Source: a virus (Duplodnaviria; Caudoviricetes). Taken from it: a DNA stretch of 38,860 nucleotides. The notes under the pieces were generated by a model, which did no database searches, was not told the DNA's origin, and saw only the letters and a program-made list of their open reading frames with translations. The stretch covers positions 1-38,860 of IMG/VR virus record IMGVR_UViG_3300011438_000156; one strand, given 5' to 3'. Both the position numbers and the translations under genes were made by a program. Below, piece after piece: positions 18,781 to 27,107 of the stretch. How positions within the stretch are numbered: the stretch's first letter is position 1; each line of letters starts with the position of its first letter.

Positions 18781-20468
18781 TACATTCTCCTTCTTGCAAA
18801 TCGACTTCGACGAACTCCAATTTGACTTTGATGTGTAGCACCAATAAGACTAGGAATAACTCCTTGATTACCTTGATCTATTCTTTCCATCTGCCTATAA
18901 AATCTAGTCATATCATTAGACTTTTCGAGTTCAGTAATAGCATTCTGCCTTGCAATGGCATTAGCCATATCTACTCCAAGCTCTCCGTCAATGAATTTCC
19001 TTGCAGTCTTACAAAGATAACGCAAGTTATCAATAGGATCGTCACCATCAAATTCTTGAATGTCTTCAGGATTTCCTTTGTCATCGTTATAAATACAAAG
19101 AGGAATTGTGTCTGTTAAAATGGTGCAGGTATTGAAGATTTGTAAAATCGGAATATTAGACTCAGATGGTTCATCATAAAACTGTTGCCTATATTTAAGA
19201 AGAGCATCTGTTCCGTAATTCCTAAATATCCAAGCTGCTTTGTCGAGATCATAGAATGCTTCTTTACTTTTAATTGGTATCTTGCTTTCAAATCTTAAGA
19301 AATCATGAATCGTTTGAAGTCCTGCAATTCTTGAACCCGGAGTGTTCTCTGATGAATTAGGAACTAAACCGGAATATCGTTGAAACTGATCAGCAATTGT
19401 CTCAGTTCCTCTTTCCTGCCAAGCACTACCACATATAACACAATAAGTAATAGATTCATTAGTTTCATCATTTATATCTCTTATTTCACTTGCCCAGAAT
19501 GGAATGTCTTTTCCCAACCATGATTTTTCTCTGTATATGTATATCCGCTTATCGGGAGAGATTGCAGCCCACATAGCATGGCACATTGCCCTCTTTCCCC
19601 AATCAATTGACAATAACCTTGGCCACCATTCGGGAATATCAAATGGTTCAATAACATGCAATGCGTTATCTGGTTCACTTGGAAATTTAATTGGTCTAAA
19701 AGTTGTGAAGACACTTCCCTTGAAGGCATGCCAATCACCAAATGCTTTAGCTCTGTATTCTGCTGGATTAGAGATTGCAAGTAGTTTGAGCTTGTTCGCA
19801 TATTCAGGATCATACTCTAAACCAGAAGGATTATCTTGAATGAGAGCTTTAATGAATGTTCTATAAAGACCAGTTCCTTTATCTCTAAAAATCTTTCCAC
19901 CAGTCTCATTATCTTTTACAAATCTATTATAAACAAAAGTTTGTCCTATGCCGCCCGGATTAGAACCATTCCTAACAAGAGCAACATTACACCCAGCAGA
20001 ACTAGGACGGACTCTAGAACCAACAATATAGAAATAAGATTTAGCTTCAAAGTGTGTTAACTCATCATAGAAAGCATAATTATACTGAGCAGAGTCATAA
20101 TCATAAATATTTTTAGTGTGTTGAATGTGACCGAAGTCGTAATAAGAATTATAAGCAGGCCAGAACCATGAGTGTTTATTTTCATTATAGACTCCCCCAG
20201 TTTGTGGGAAATATTCTTTAGAAAGTCTAATGTTCTCCCTTTCCATGTCGGGGAATTTACGACGAAACATAATAGCTCTAAAGCCATGATACTTATACCA
20301 TCCTCTTATTATTGGAAGGAGTGTAAGAATAAAACTCTTACCACCATATGCTGCTCCACCATAAAGAACTTCAAATATTTCATCAGGTAAGGATAGAAGC
20401 AATTCCTGTTTAGGATGTGGCTTTACTTCTTTAATAAAACCATTACCTTCACTATTGATGTCAGACAT
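18780..20468 (-). CDS. terL: Terminase large subunit
   Basis: PHPKQ, Walker A YGGAAYGGKS, Walker B FYDELTH, coupling motif SNPGG, nuclease LSIDWG and DDPIDNLRY. Confidence 0.95.
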   Translation of the reverse strand: MSDINSEGNGFIKEVKPHPKQELLLSLPDEIFEVLYGGAAYGGKSFILTLLPIIRGWYKYHGFRAIMFRRKFPDMERENIRLSKEYFPQTGGVYNENKHSWFWPAYNSYYDFGHIQHTKNIYDYDSAQYNYAFYDELTHFEAKSYFYIVGSRVRPSSAGCNVALVRNGSNPGGIGQTFVYNRFVKDNETGGKIFRDKGTGLYRTFIKALIQDNPSGLEYDPEYANKLKLLAISNPAEYRAKAFGDWHAFKGSVFTTFRPIKFPSEPDNALHVIEPFDIPEWWPRLLSIDWGKRAMCHAMWAAISPDKRIYIYREKSWLGKDIPFWASEIRDINDETNESITYCVICGSAWQERGTETIADQFQRYSGLVPNSSENTPGSRIAGLQTIHDFLRFESKIPIKSKEAFYDLDKAAWIFRNYGTDALLKYRQQFYDEPSESNIPILQIFNTCTILTDTIPLCIYNDDKGNPEDIQEFDGDDPIDNLRYLCKTARKFIDGELGVDMANAIARQNAITELEKSNDMTRFYRQMERIDQGNQGVIPSLIGATHQSQIGVRRSRFARRRM

Positions 20469-20484
20469 TAAGTTCTACTAAAAC

Positions 20485-21042
20485 CTACGCAGTTGCCTCT
20501 ACTTTACTTTCAACATCAATCACTTCATACTCAGTAATTTTACGCTGAGTCGGACAATAGAAGTGATAATGAATATTTTCATTACCTTTATTCTTGTCTC
20601 TCTCAAGTCTCTCTTTGCGTATGTCAGTAATTACTCGACTTGCTGAACTTATGATACTTGGTATGCTACTAACTTTAATTTCTTCTTTATCAACCTTCTT
20701 TTTTAAATAGTTTATGCTTCCAGTAAGAAGATCAAGAGCAGAATCATGTGCTAAGGCTAACTTTATCTTTGCATCAGCATCATTAACATCAAGAGAAGAG
20801 AAAGAAGAGTCAGAAGGTAAAGGTGAGGTTATCTTGGAAGGAACTACCTGAGGAAGATTTGGAATTTCTTTAGGAATTTCTCTAGAAAAAGAAACTTCAA
20901 CTCTTTCTTTCTCTTTATTTCCATTAGGAACAAACAAAGACATAGCATCTTTTTTAGGAGAAGTTAATCCTTCTCTCATTCTATTCAACAAATTGAGAGG
21001 ATTATTTAAGCGTTTCTCTACTTCTTTCTCGTCTATTAACAT
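20485..21042 (-). CDS. Putative terminase small subunit
   Basis: First late gene, immediately upstream of terL; helical; RBS GGAG. Confidence 0.5.
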   Translation of the reverse strand: MLIDEKEVEKRLNNPLNLLNRMREGLTSPKKDAMSLFVPNGNKEKERVEVSFSREIPKEIPNLPQVVPSKITSPLPSDSSFSSLDVNDADAKIKLALAHDSALDLLTGSINYLKKKVDKEEIKVSSIPSIISSASRVITDIRKERLERDKNKGNENIHYHFYCPTQRKITEYEVIDVESKVEATA

Positions 21043-21079
21043 TTAATTATCTCCACTTACACTTTCCCCATGCCCCGTT

Positions 21080-21108
21080 AGTATAAACTTTCTCATTCCA
21101 CTAGTCAA
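21080..21108 (-). promoter_or_regulatory. Sigma70-type promoter for the structural operon
   Basis: TTGACT-17nt-TATACT on the minus strand, 37 nt before the ATG at 21042. Confidence 0.75.
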
Positions 21109-21117
21109 TACCCGAAC

Positions 21118-21135
21118 TGTCATAAAAGGTGGTCA
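21118..21135. promoter_or_regulatory. TGTC-N10-GACA-like box, copy 1 (one mismatch)
   Basis: TGTC ATAAAAGGTG GTCA, 9 bp upstream of the late -35. Confidence 0.55.
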
Positions 21136-21398
21136 CTTTTTCAATTTTCGCCCGAACTATTCGATAAACGAAAATTTCGTTTTTAATTGTTATTTTTTAT
21201 TTTATTTTTTAATTGTTATGTTTATTTATTTATATTTAAGGTATGATTCTTTATTTAGGGTAAGCTCAATATTCCCCCGCGTAGAGTAGAAGAGACGTTA
21301 AAGTAAAAAGGGGCATATACCCGGCAGTCCTTATTATCCAAGCTATCCCCACTAGAATTATAACAAATGTAAAATCGTCCGGCCTCGAAAGAAAATAC

Positions 21399-21427
21399 TT
21401 GACAAGTATTTAGAACTGGCGTCTAAT
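21399..21427 (+). promoter_or_regulatory. Sigma70-type early promoter with a palindrome over the -35
   Basis: TTGACA-17nt-TCTAAT; AAATACTTG-A-CAAGTATTT at 21393-21411. Confidence 0.7.
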
Positions 21428-21445
21428 GGATAGTGAGGTTAACAT

Positions 21446-21619
21446 ATGCGTGTATATCGTATCTACAATCCGAGTAACCCTAACGCTATGTGGTGTGTTA
21501 AGTCAGGCGCTATGATGGTCTGGGATTACACCTTGACAGATAGGAGACAAGCTAGGCGAGCGGTTAGGATGGCTCGGAGATTAGGTTATTCAGTTATCTT
21601 TAGTGAGGTTAAGCAATGA
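21446..21619 (+). CDS. 57-aa basic early protein, not in the ORF track
   Basis: RBS GAGGT; MRVYRIYNPSNPNAMWCVKSG...; ATGA overlap with the next gene. Confidence 0.7.
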   Translation: MRVYRIYNPSNPNAMWCVKSGAMMVWDYTLTDRRQARRAVRMARRLGYSVIFSEVKQ

Positions 21620-21870
21620 CCTACGAATGTGAAATATGTTATGGAGTTAACCACTCTAGTAAGATGCAATGCTCGGCCTGTGGGACTATTCCAAAGCAAT
21701 ACAGCTTACTTAAAACTCCGGCCAGGTTATTACAAACAGACTTAGGAGATATGATTAACGGGTTTATTAGCGTGGTTAGTGCTATCGGAGTCGATAGAAC
21801 AGAACGTCATAGGACTTGTAAGAGAGTCCTGAGAACAGTTCCGGCAGATTATTACGCAAGCATTGATTAG
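21616..21870 (+). CDS. Zn-ribbon protein, 84 aa
   Basis: CEIC-x10-CSAC; RBS GAGGT. Confidence 0.75.
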   Translation: MTYECEICYGVNHSSKMQCSACGTIPKQYSLLKTPARLLQTDLGDMINGFISVVSAIGVDRTERHRTCKRVLRTVPADYYASID

Positions 21871-21871
21871 A

Positions 21872-21916
21872 GTTAGAGCCTAGGGCTTTAGTTAATCTAG
21901 AGCCTCTGGCCGTAAC
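21872..21916 (+). other. Long imperfect hairpin
   Basis: GTTAGAGCCTAGGGCTTTAG-TTAAT-CTAGAGCCTCTGGCCGTAAC; shares TAGAGCCTAGGG with the hairpin near 22573. Confidence 0.5.
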
Positions 21917-21927
21917 CCTTAATCGAG

Positions 21928-21984
21928 TGTCATCTAAAGGAGACAAAAATAGATGTTGACAAATTGACAGAGATATGAGATAAT
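21928..21984 (+). promoter_or_regulatory. TGTC-N10-GACA box (21928-21945) plus promoter
   Basis: TGTCATCTAAAGGAGACA, 10 bp, then TTGACA-17nt-GATAAT with extended TG. Confidence 0.8.
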
Positions 21985-22036
21985 GTATTTACAATAGTGA
22001 CGGGATAGACCTGTCACAAGAAAAGGACAAAGCTAT

Positions 22037-22525
22037 ATGAGCGAAGACCAGATTGCAGCCAAAGAGGCAACTCTAGAGGCAAAGCAAAAGGAAGTAGACG
22101 GCGAGAATGATAAGCGAAAGGTAGAAGGCAAGCTACCTAAAGGCACTCTGCTCCGCATGGGACAGACCAGAGGTAAGAATCCTCAGATTGTGACTTGGGA
22201 AGCATTCGATGAGTCACATCCTGAAACACTGCCGAAGGATATTGGCGAGTTTATGAATCTTACCGAAAAGTATGGTTCTGGAACTGAAGCTAATATGCTT
22301 AGCTGGGTTATTGACGGTTTTAACTCAAGTCAATATACAGCAGCCTCAGACCCTATTGCGGAATTTGTTGACGCCTCTTGGCCCGAAGAGATTCAAAAGG
22401 GCTTTAGGCTTGCAGTCCGTAATTACTCAGTCAATGCAATGGTATCTATTGAGGATGCCGTAGCATTGATTAAGCCCGGAATTGAAAAGGCTGTCGCAGC
22501 TAAGAAGACTGAAAAGCCTGCTTAA
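22037..22525 (+). CDS. Hypothetical early protein, 162 aa, with its own promoter and terminator
   Basis: RBS AAGGA; flanked by a promoter and a terminator hairpin. Confidence 0.85.
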   Translation: MSEDQIAAKEATLEAKQKEVDGENDKRKVEGKLPKGTLLRMGQTRGKNPQIVTWEAFDESHPETLPKDIGEFMNLTEKYGSGTEANMLSWVIDGFNSSQYTAASDPIAEFVDASWPEEIQKGFRLAVRNYSVNAMVSIEDAVALIKPGIEKAVAAKKTEKPA

Positions 22526-22573
22526 TTAGCGGAGTGAGATAGACTCGATAAGTCATACAAACGAGTCTTTAAT

Positions 22574-22616
22574 AGAGCCTAGGGTTTAAGTTTAAAGACT
22601 TAGACTCTAGGCTTTT
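22574..22616 (+). terminator. Rho-independent terminator
   Basis: AGAGCCTAGGGTTTAAGT-loop-ACTTAGACTCTAGGCTTTT. Confidence 0.75.
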
Positions 22617-22629
22617 CGTATTTAGATGT

Positions 22630-23100
22630 GTTTGGTTATTAAGGCTACTGCAGGTCTAAACACGCTATCGGTTGCTATTAAACGCTATCGCAGGCTATCT
22701 CACGCTGACGGTTGTTAAACGCACGTTTTTGCAGGCTTAAAACCCCAGTTAAGGCCAACAAAATCAAGGGTTTACGGCCGTTTTCAAGGTTTACGTGAGG
22801 AAGGGTATGGTGGTCTGGTAGGTGGCTCTTTTAGGGTCTTCTCTTCTTTCTCTTTATTATTATTTTATATATATTATATTATAATAATTAAAAGAAATGA
22901 AAAAATTACACAGCGTCCACAAAAGAGGACACTTGACATCGGTTCTCAGATGTGCTATAGTCTCTGACAGACAGATTTATACATGATACTGGAGTGGGTT
23001 AACCTATTGAGTTACAAGGGCTTACAGGCGTTAGCAGGTCATCCCGTGGTAACCGACAGGCGCCGACAGTCTACAATAGCCTACAATAGTAACCGACAAC
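22630..23100. other. Putative replication origin
   Basis: Non-coding; ACGCTATCG repeats on the left, CCGACA and CTACAATAG repeats on the right in roughly inverted arrangement; central AT-rich tract about 22853-22908; two related 25-bp sites at 22750 and 23000. Confidence 0.5.
22914..22961 (+). promoter_or_regulatory. CGTC-N10-GACA box (22914-22931) plus promoter
   Basis: CGTCCACAAAAGAGGACA, 1 bp, then TTGACA-17nt-TATAGT with extended TG. Confidence 0.75.
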
Positions 23101-23133
23101 ATGAAAACCTACACAATACAGGAGATAATTAAA

Positions 23134-23328
23134 ATGTCTACTAAAGATGAAATAAGGACTAATACGAGGTGTATTCTACAATCGTGGAATGTAAAGAGTG
23201 ATAAGAGTTTTACTCAGGTATACAATAGCCCGTCTAACGCGACTGTGGTAGTCGAGAGAAAAGCCACTGGGATAGTTGATAATGTTCGAGTAATAAGAAC
23301 AATAGAAGGTAAGACTATTGAATGTTAA
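23134..23328 (+). CDS. Hypothetical protein
   Basis: RBS AGGAG before ATG 23134 (start reassigned). Confidence 0.7.
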   Translation: MSTKDEIRTNTRCILQSWNVKSDKSFTQVYNSPSNATVVVERKATGIVDNVRVIRTIEGKTIEC

Positions 23329-23337
23329 AGGGTAAAA

Positions 23338-23721
23338 ATGATAACACATAAAGGTATTAAACTTGGTAAGCAAGTAATAAAAGAAAGAGATATTTTAGGC
23401 GAAAAGAATGATTGCATCGTTAGGGCTTTAATGGAGTCTCTAGAGATACCATATTTAGAAGCCTACGGTATGATGATTGGATTAGGTAGAAAGAGAAATA
23501 AAGGATTAAGGATAGAGGCTCTAGTAGATAATATTTGCGTAGGTAAATATCCACGGCCAAATATGATTGTAGAGAATTATGTGAGGTTTATTGCTCATAG
23601 TGGTAATTGGATAATTGAAATACGCGGTCATGTATTTGCTGTTATAGGTGGATGTATTAAGGATGAATTTCCAAGCGCAGTGCTAAATTGTCATGTTCTT
23701 AATTCTTGGAGAATGAAATGA
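23338..23721 (+). CDS. Small protein with a papain-like Cys-His-Asp pattern
   Basis: NDCIVRAL ... GHVFAV ... IKD. Confidence 0.6.
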   Translation: MITHKGIKLGKQVIKERDILGEKNDCIVRALMESLEIPYLEAYGMMIGLGRKRNKGLRIEALVDNICVGKYPRPNMIVENYVRFIAHSGNWIIEIRGHVFAVIGGCIKDEFPSAVLNCHVLNSWRMK

Positions 23722-23750
23722 ATAAAAATATAGTTTGGGGAAATTAAATC

Positions 23751-23981
23751 ATGAGTGAATTTAAAATTAATAATCAAGTTGTTGAACAGCTTGTTAAAAC
23801 TCCTATCTCTAATAGAATCTCAGATGAGATAATTAAGTGCTCTAAACAATATCAAGAAGGAGCTATAACAGCAGTAGAGTTTATTGCAAAGTGTAATCAA
23901 CTAACTGAAGAGAATATGGAAGAGATTATAAATGAATATGCTAAAGAAAAGGATTATTGGGAAAAGGTTAAGGTAAATTAA
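23751..23981 (+). CDS. Hypothetical protein
   Basis: Co-oriented ORF, GGGGA upstream. Confidence 0.7.
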   Translation: MSEFKINNQVVEQLVKTPISNRISDEIIKCSKQYQEGAITAVEFIAKCNQLTEENMEEIINEYAKEKDYWEKVKVN

Positions 23982-23982
23982 A

Positions 23983-24222
23983 ATGGAATTTAAAAAGGTA
24001 TTATCTAGATTCTATAGGCGATGGTATGATGATTGTTTAGGTTCTATTATATATTGTGAAGAGAATAATAGACCTGAAGATGCACAGAAGTATAGAGATA
24101 AAGCTGATGCTTATAAGAAGTTAATTAGTGAGAATACCGAGGCTATTGAATTTTTTAGTCAAGGTGATAATGCTCATTTGATAGATAAAGCATTGCCTGA
24201 GAAATTCAGAGGATATAAATAA
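23983..24222 (+). CDS. Hypothetical protein
   Basis: RBS AAGGT; starts 1 nt after the upstream stop. Confidence 0.7.
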   Translation: MEFKKVLSRFYRRWYDDCLGSIIYCEENNRPEDAQKYRDKADAYKKLISENTEAIEFFSQGDNAHLIDKALPEKFRGYK

Positions 24223-24579
24223 GTGGACGACAACCTGAAGAATGAATTACTTAAGAGTATTGAATTATCTGGAAGTGTGAATACTGATGATAGAAGAGTA
24301 AATATTATAATCAATGGTGAATTACATAATATTCTTGATAAATCTAGTGGAAAGACTCGGATTAGACCTTTCAAGGTAGGATTATTTAATCTTATCTTGA
24401 GTCAGCCTCTTAGTTTAAGTCGTTTATCTCCCTTTGAAATACGTTGTTTAAATTGTGGTAAAGTTATAAATTACCCTGCATGGTATTATGAATTGAGATT
24501 TGATAGAAACATATTAGTTTATTTTGTATGTTTCTCTGAAACTTCAAGTGATAGAGTGTCCTTAAATTGTAGGAGATAA
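24223..24579 (+). CDS. Hypothetical protein with a possible Zn site
   Basis: GTG start abutting the upstream stop; CLNC plus two later Cys. Confidence 0.65.
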   Translation: MDDNLKNELLKSIELSGSVNTDDRRVNIIINGELHNILDKSSGKTRIRPFKVGLFNLILSQPLSLSRLSPFEIRCLNCGKVINYPAWYYELRFDRNILVYFVCFSETSSDRVSLNCRR

Positions 24580-24594
24580 TTAGTTAAATAGTTT

Positions 24595-24641
24595 GATTAA
24601 GAGTCTAATGTTTATGGTAAATGTTAGACTCTTAATCTTTT
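24595..24641 (+). terminator. Rho-independent terminator
   Basis: GATTAAGAGTCTAATGTTTA-TGG-TAAATGTTAGACTCTTAATC-TTTT. Confidence 0.75.
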
Positions 24642-24656
24642 GTCGGAGAGTAGATA

Positions 24657-24983
24657 ATGGAAAGAGCATTTAAGAATAGTCCTCGTATCGTTACTATCGG
24701 TGGTAAAAGGATGATGGAAAAATACACTCATCAGCCTCTTACTTTCGATCATTTTGATACACATTGCCAAATTCAGGCTAACGGTAGAATTAAGCTTACT
24801 AAACCTGTCCTTGGAAGTGATGAATACGATGAAATAGAAGTCCCAGCTAGTTTGATTTTTAAATTAATGGGATTGCTCAAAGATACCCGGTCTGTTGAGT
24901 TTGTTGAAGTGCCAGATGAGTCTGCTAAGGCTAATCCTTCAGCAGTAGTCAAGGCACCAGAAACACTAAAACAGACTGATTAA
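24657..24983 (+). CDS. Hypothetical protein, 108 aa
   Basis: RBS GGAG. Confidence 0.75.
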   Translation: MERAFKNSPRIVTIGGKRMMEKYTHQPLTFDHFDTHCQIQANGRIKLTKPVLGSDEYDEIEVPASLIFKLMGLLKDTRSVEFVEVPDESAKANPSAVVKAPETLKQTD

Positions 24984-25053
24984 TTTGTGCTCGCTAATAC
25001 TACTATATTTCTCTAGAGGTAGGCGAAATAGAAAGTAGGAGAGCACAATTAGC
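24981..25053 (+). promoter_or_regulatory. Long mRNA hairpin sequestering an RBS and AUU start
   Basis: TTGTGCTC/GAGCACAA, CTACT/AGTAG, TATTTC/GAAATA and TCTA/TAGG stems with a GAGG loop. Confidence 0.7.
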
Positions 25054-25908
25054 TGGTATTGTAAGAAGTGTAAGGCTAATAACGCTAATGTGAATGAGAG
25101 GTGCTATCATTGCCTCTATCACATTGGCGTTATCGTATTTCGTGAGAATATAATTGATTTCTATGATGAAATTGATTATAGTTTAACGAAATATGAAATT
25201 TGGAAAACAGAACAAACTGAATTTGGATTGTTTATTGAGGAGCAGAGAAACATGCCACTAACAAACGAAGAAATTAATAACAATCCAAATATGTCAGAGA
25301 AAGAAAAGAAATTTGCTAGATGGTTTGCATCTGAGAAGATTCTAATATGTGATATGGATGATGGTAATTTAAGAGCACATATAGAAGAGTTACAAGACAT
25401 AGCTTCTGAAGCAAGAGCACGTCTTACAGCTTCTAATGATGAGGCTATGGAAAGAGGTGCTAAAAAGAAGAGAGATAGAGGATTCTCTACTTCTGTAGCC
25501 TCTGATGACTTTACAAGTGAAACAATAAATAATATAGCTGAACGCCAAAAGAAGATGAGTAAGGTTGAGAAAGAGATAGAAAGACTCGTCTCTATAGGCA
25601 TAGATAGAAAGGATGCTGAAAATATGTATAGAGCATCCACAATTAATCAAGTTCAAAAGGTTGGAACTTCTGCTGTATTAGGTAAGACTGGTGAAGTTAA
25701 AGATATTGTAAATAGTATAGTTAATCCTACTGAAGTAGGAGAAAAGAAAACATTTGTTAATCCTTTTGCTCCTAAGCAAGAGCCAATCTCTCAAGATATA
25801 CAAACACAAGCTCAAGTTACTGCAATATTAGTAGAGAAGAAAATCGAAGAAGAAATAAAGCAAGAAGAAAAACCAAAGTTTGTTAATCCATTCGCAAAGA
25901 AAGATTAA
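25048..25908 (+). CDS. RanBP2-type Zn-finger / coiled-coil protein with a probable ATT start (286 aa); a second start is possible at ATG 25252
   Basis: AGGAG-6nt-ATT AGC TGG TAT TGT...; WYCKKCKANNANVNERCYHC fits W-x-C-x2-C-x3-N-x6-C-x2-C; in-frame TAG at 25036 excludes an upstream ATG. Confidence 0.7.
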   Translation: MSWYCKKCKANNANVNERCYHCLYHIGVIVFRENIIDFYDEIDYSLTKYEIWKTEQTEFGLFIEEQRNMPLTNEEINNNPNMSEKEKKFARWFASEKILICDMDDGNLRAHIEELQDIASEARARLTASNDEAMERGAKKKRDRGFSTSVASDDFTSETINNIAERQKKMSKVEKEIERLVSIGIDRKDAENMYRASTINQVQKVGTSAVLGKTGEVKDIVNSIVNPTEVGEKKTFVNPFAPKQEPISQDIQTQAQVTAILVEKKIEEEIKQEEKPKFVNPFAKKD

Positions 25909-25909
25909 T

Positions 25910-26578
25910 ATGGAAAAGATTGATCTTTCTGGCGGCGGAATTATCATTATAGCTTACGGTAATCCAGTTACAATAAAAGAATTTGAAAACAATCCACAAG
26001 TAAAATGGGTTGATACTAAACTTATACCTAATCAAGAGATAGGTAATCATATTCCTGTGAATACCCGTCTTATTATTCTTAATGAGGGAATACCACATTA
26101 TCATTATCTCTGGTTAACTACTCATGCTCCTAAGATGAAAATTGTTTGGTTAATGCGTAAAAGTAGTCAAGCAATTTATGAAGTTTTAAAAGAATATTTA
26201 GGATCTAATGGTAATAAACCATCATTAGATGAAGTTAAGGATACTCAAGCAAAGGGTAAGTTACTAGCACTATTACCTTTTGTTGAATGGAATAAATCTA
26301 ACGCTGAGAATGCTAAAATTCTAATGGCTAAAGCTTTAGAGTTAGGTATTAAAACTAATGAAAATTCTTTAGCTCAATTCATGTCTGTTAAACGTAGAGC
26401 ATTAGGACATGGTGGAATAGTTAAATCTGTTAGAAATCAATTAGATATTTCAGTAGATATATTAGATGAAGCTATTAAGAATTTAGCAAATATAAGAGAT
26501 TTCCTAATCTCCACATCTGAAGAGAATAGGATGTTGAAATCAAAAGCTGAAAAACTTAAGAAAGTAATGGAGGATTAA
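25910..26578 (+). CDS. Hypothetical protein with a C-terminal coiled coil
   Basis: ATG 1 nt after the upstream stop (start reassigned). Confidence 0.75.
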   Translation: MEKIDLSGGGIIIIAYGNPVTIKEFENNPQVKWVDTKLIPNQEIGNHIPVNTRLIILNEGIPHYHYLWLTTHAPKMKIVWLMRKSSQAIYEVLKEYLGSNGNKPSLDEVKDTQAKGKLLALLPFVEWNKSNAENAKILMAKALELGIKTNENSLAQFMSVKRRALGHGGIVKSVRNQLDISVDILDEAIKNLANIRDFLISTSEENRMLKSKAEKLKKVMED

Positions 26579-26583
26579 TTATA

Positions 26584-26898
26584 ATGGAAGAAAATAACAA
26601 AGAAGATATTGAACGTATTAAAAAACTATTTGAGAGTGGACAAAATATTGGAGCTATTTTTACTTCTGATATTGATAGACTAATTGAAGAACATAAAAAT
26701 TTATTCACAGATGTAGAAGAAGCATACATAAACAAGCTAAAACTTAAGCAATTAGGTTCTGATATTTTAGGTATTTTATATGGAAATATTCATCCATTAT
26801 TGTGGTCTGAATTTCTTATGTTAATGAGTAGACATACAGAGTTAATGGCTAATGAAGCTATTAGAATTAGGAAAGAGAGTGATAAAGGTGAAATATGA
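26584..26898 (+). CDS. Hypothetical protein
   Basis: RBS GGAGG. Confidence 0.75.
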   Translation: MEENNKEDIERIKKLFESGQNIGAIFTSDIDRLIEEHKNLFTDVEEAYINKLKLKQLGSDILGILYGNIHPLLWSEFLMLMSRHTELMANEAIRIRKESDKGEI

Positions 26899-27104
26899 TT
26901 AGACTATTCTTAGTATACAGAGTAAATTTAGATAAACCTGAAAGAATTAGAGCAGAAGGTAATAGTAAAGAATATGTAACTGCTGTTCTCTTTGATATAA
27001 TTGAGAATATAGAAGTTTCAGCAGGAGAGAAACCAGTCAAGTGGCAAATTAGAAACACTACTGAGTCATATAAAAACGTTGTAGATTATACTTTGATGGA
27101 GTAA
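26895..27104 (+). CDS. Hypothetical protein
   Basis: ATGA overlap; RBS AAGGTG. Confidence 0.7.
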   Translation: MIRLFLVYRVNLDKPERIRAEGNSKEYVTAVLFDIIENIEVSAGEKPVKWQIRNTTESYKNVVDYTLME

Positions 27105-27107
27105 TAT

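Noticed and set aside
27-20390. Plus-strand ORFs in the left arm (e.g. 27-362, 2930-3187, 6470-6769, 18228-18443, 19504-19839)
   Set aside because: They are antisense shadows of long coupled genes, with no RBS or motifs
22750-23024. The 25-bp sites as an attP or dif site
   Set aside because: No recombinase in the window and no match to the 28-bp dif layout; an origin role fits the context better, though it is unproven
22983-23132. 49-codon ORF MILEWVNLLSYKG...
   Set aside because: No RBS, and it runs through the repeat array
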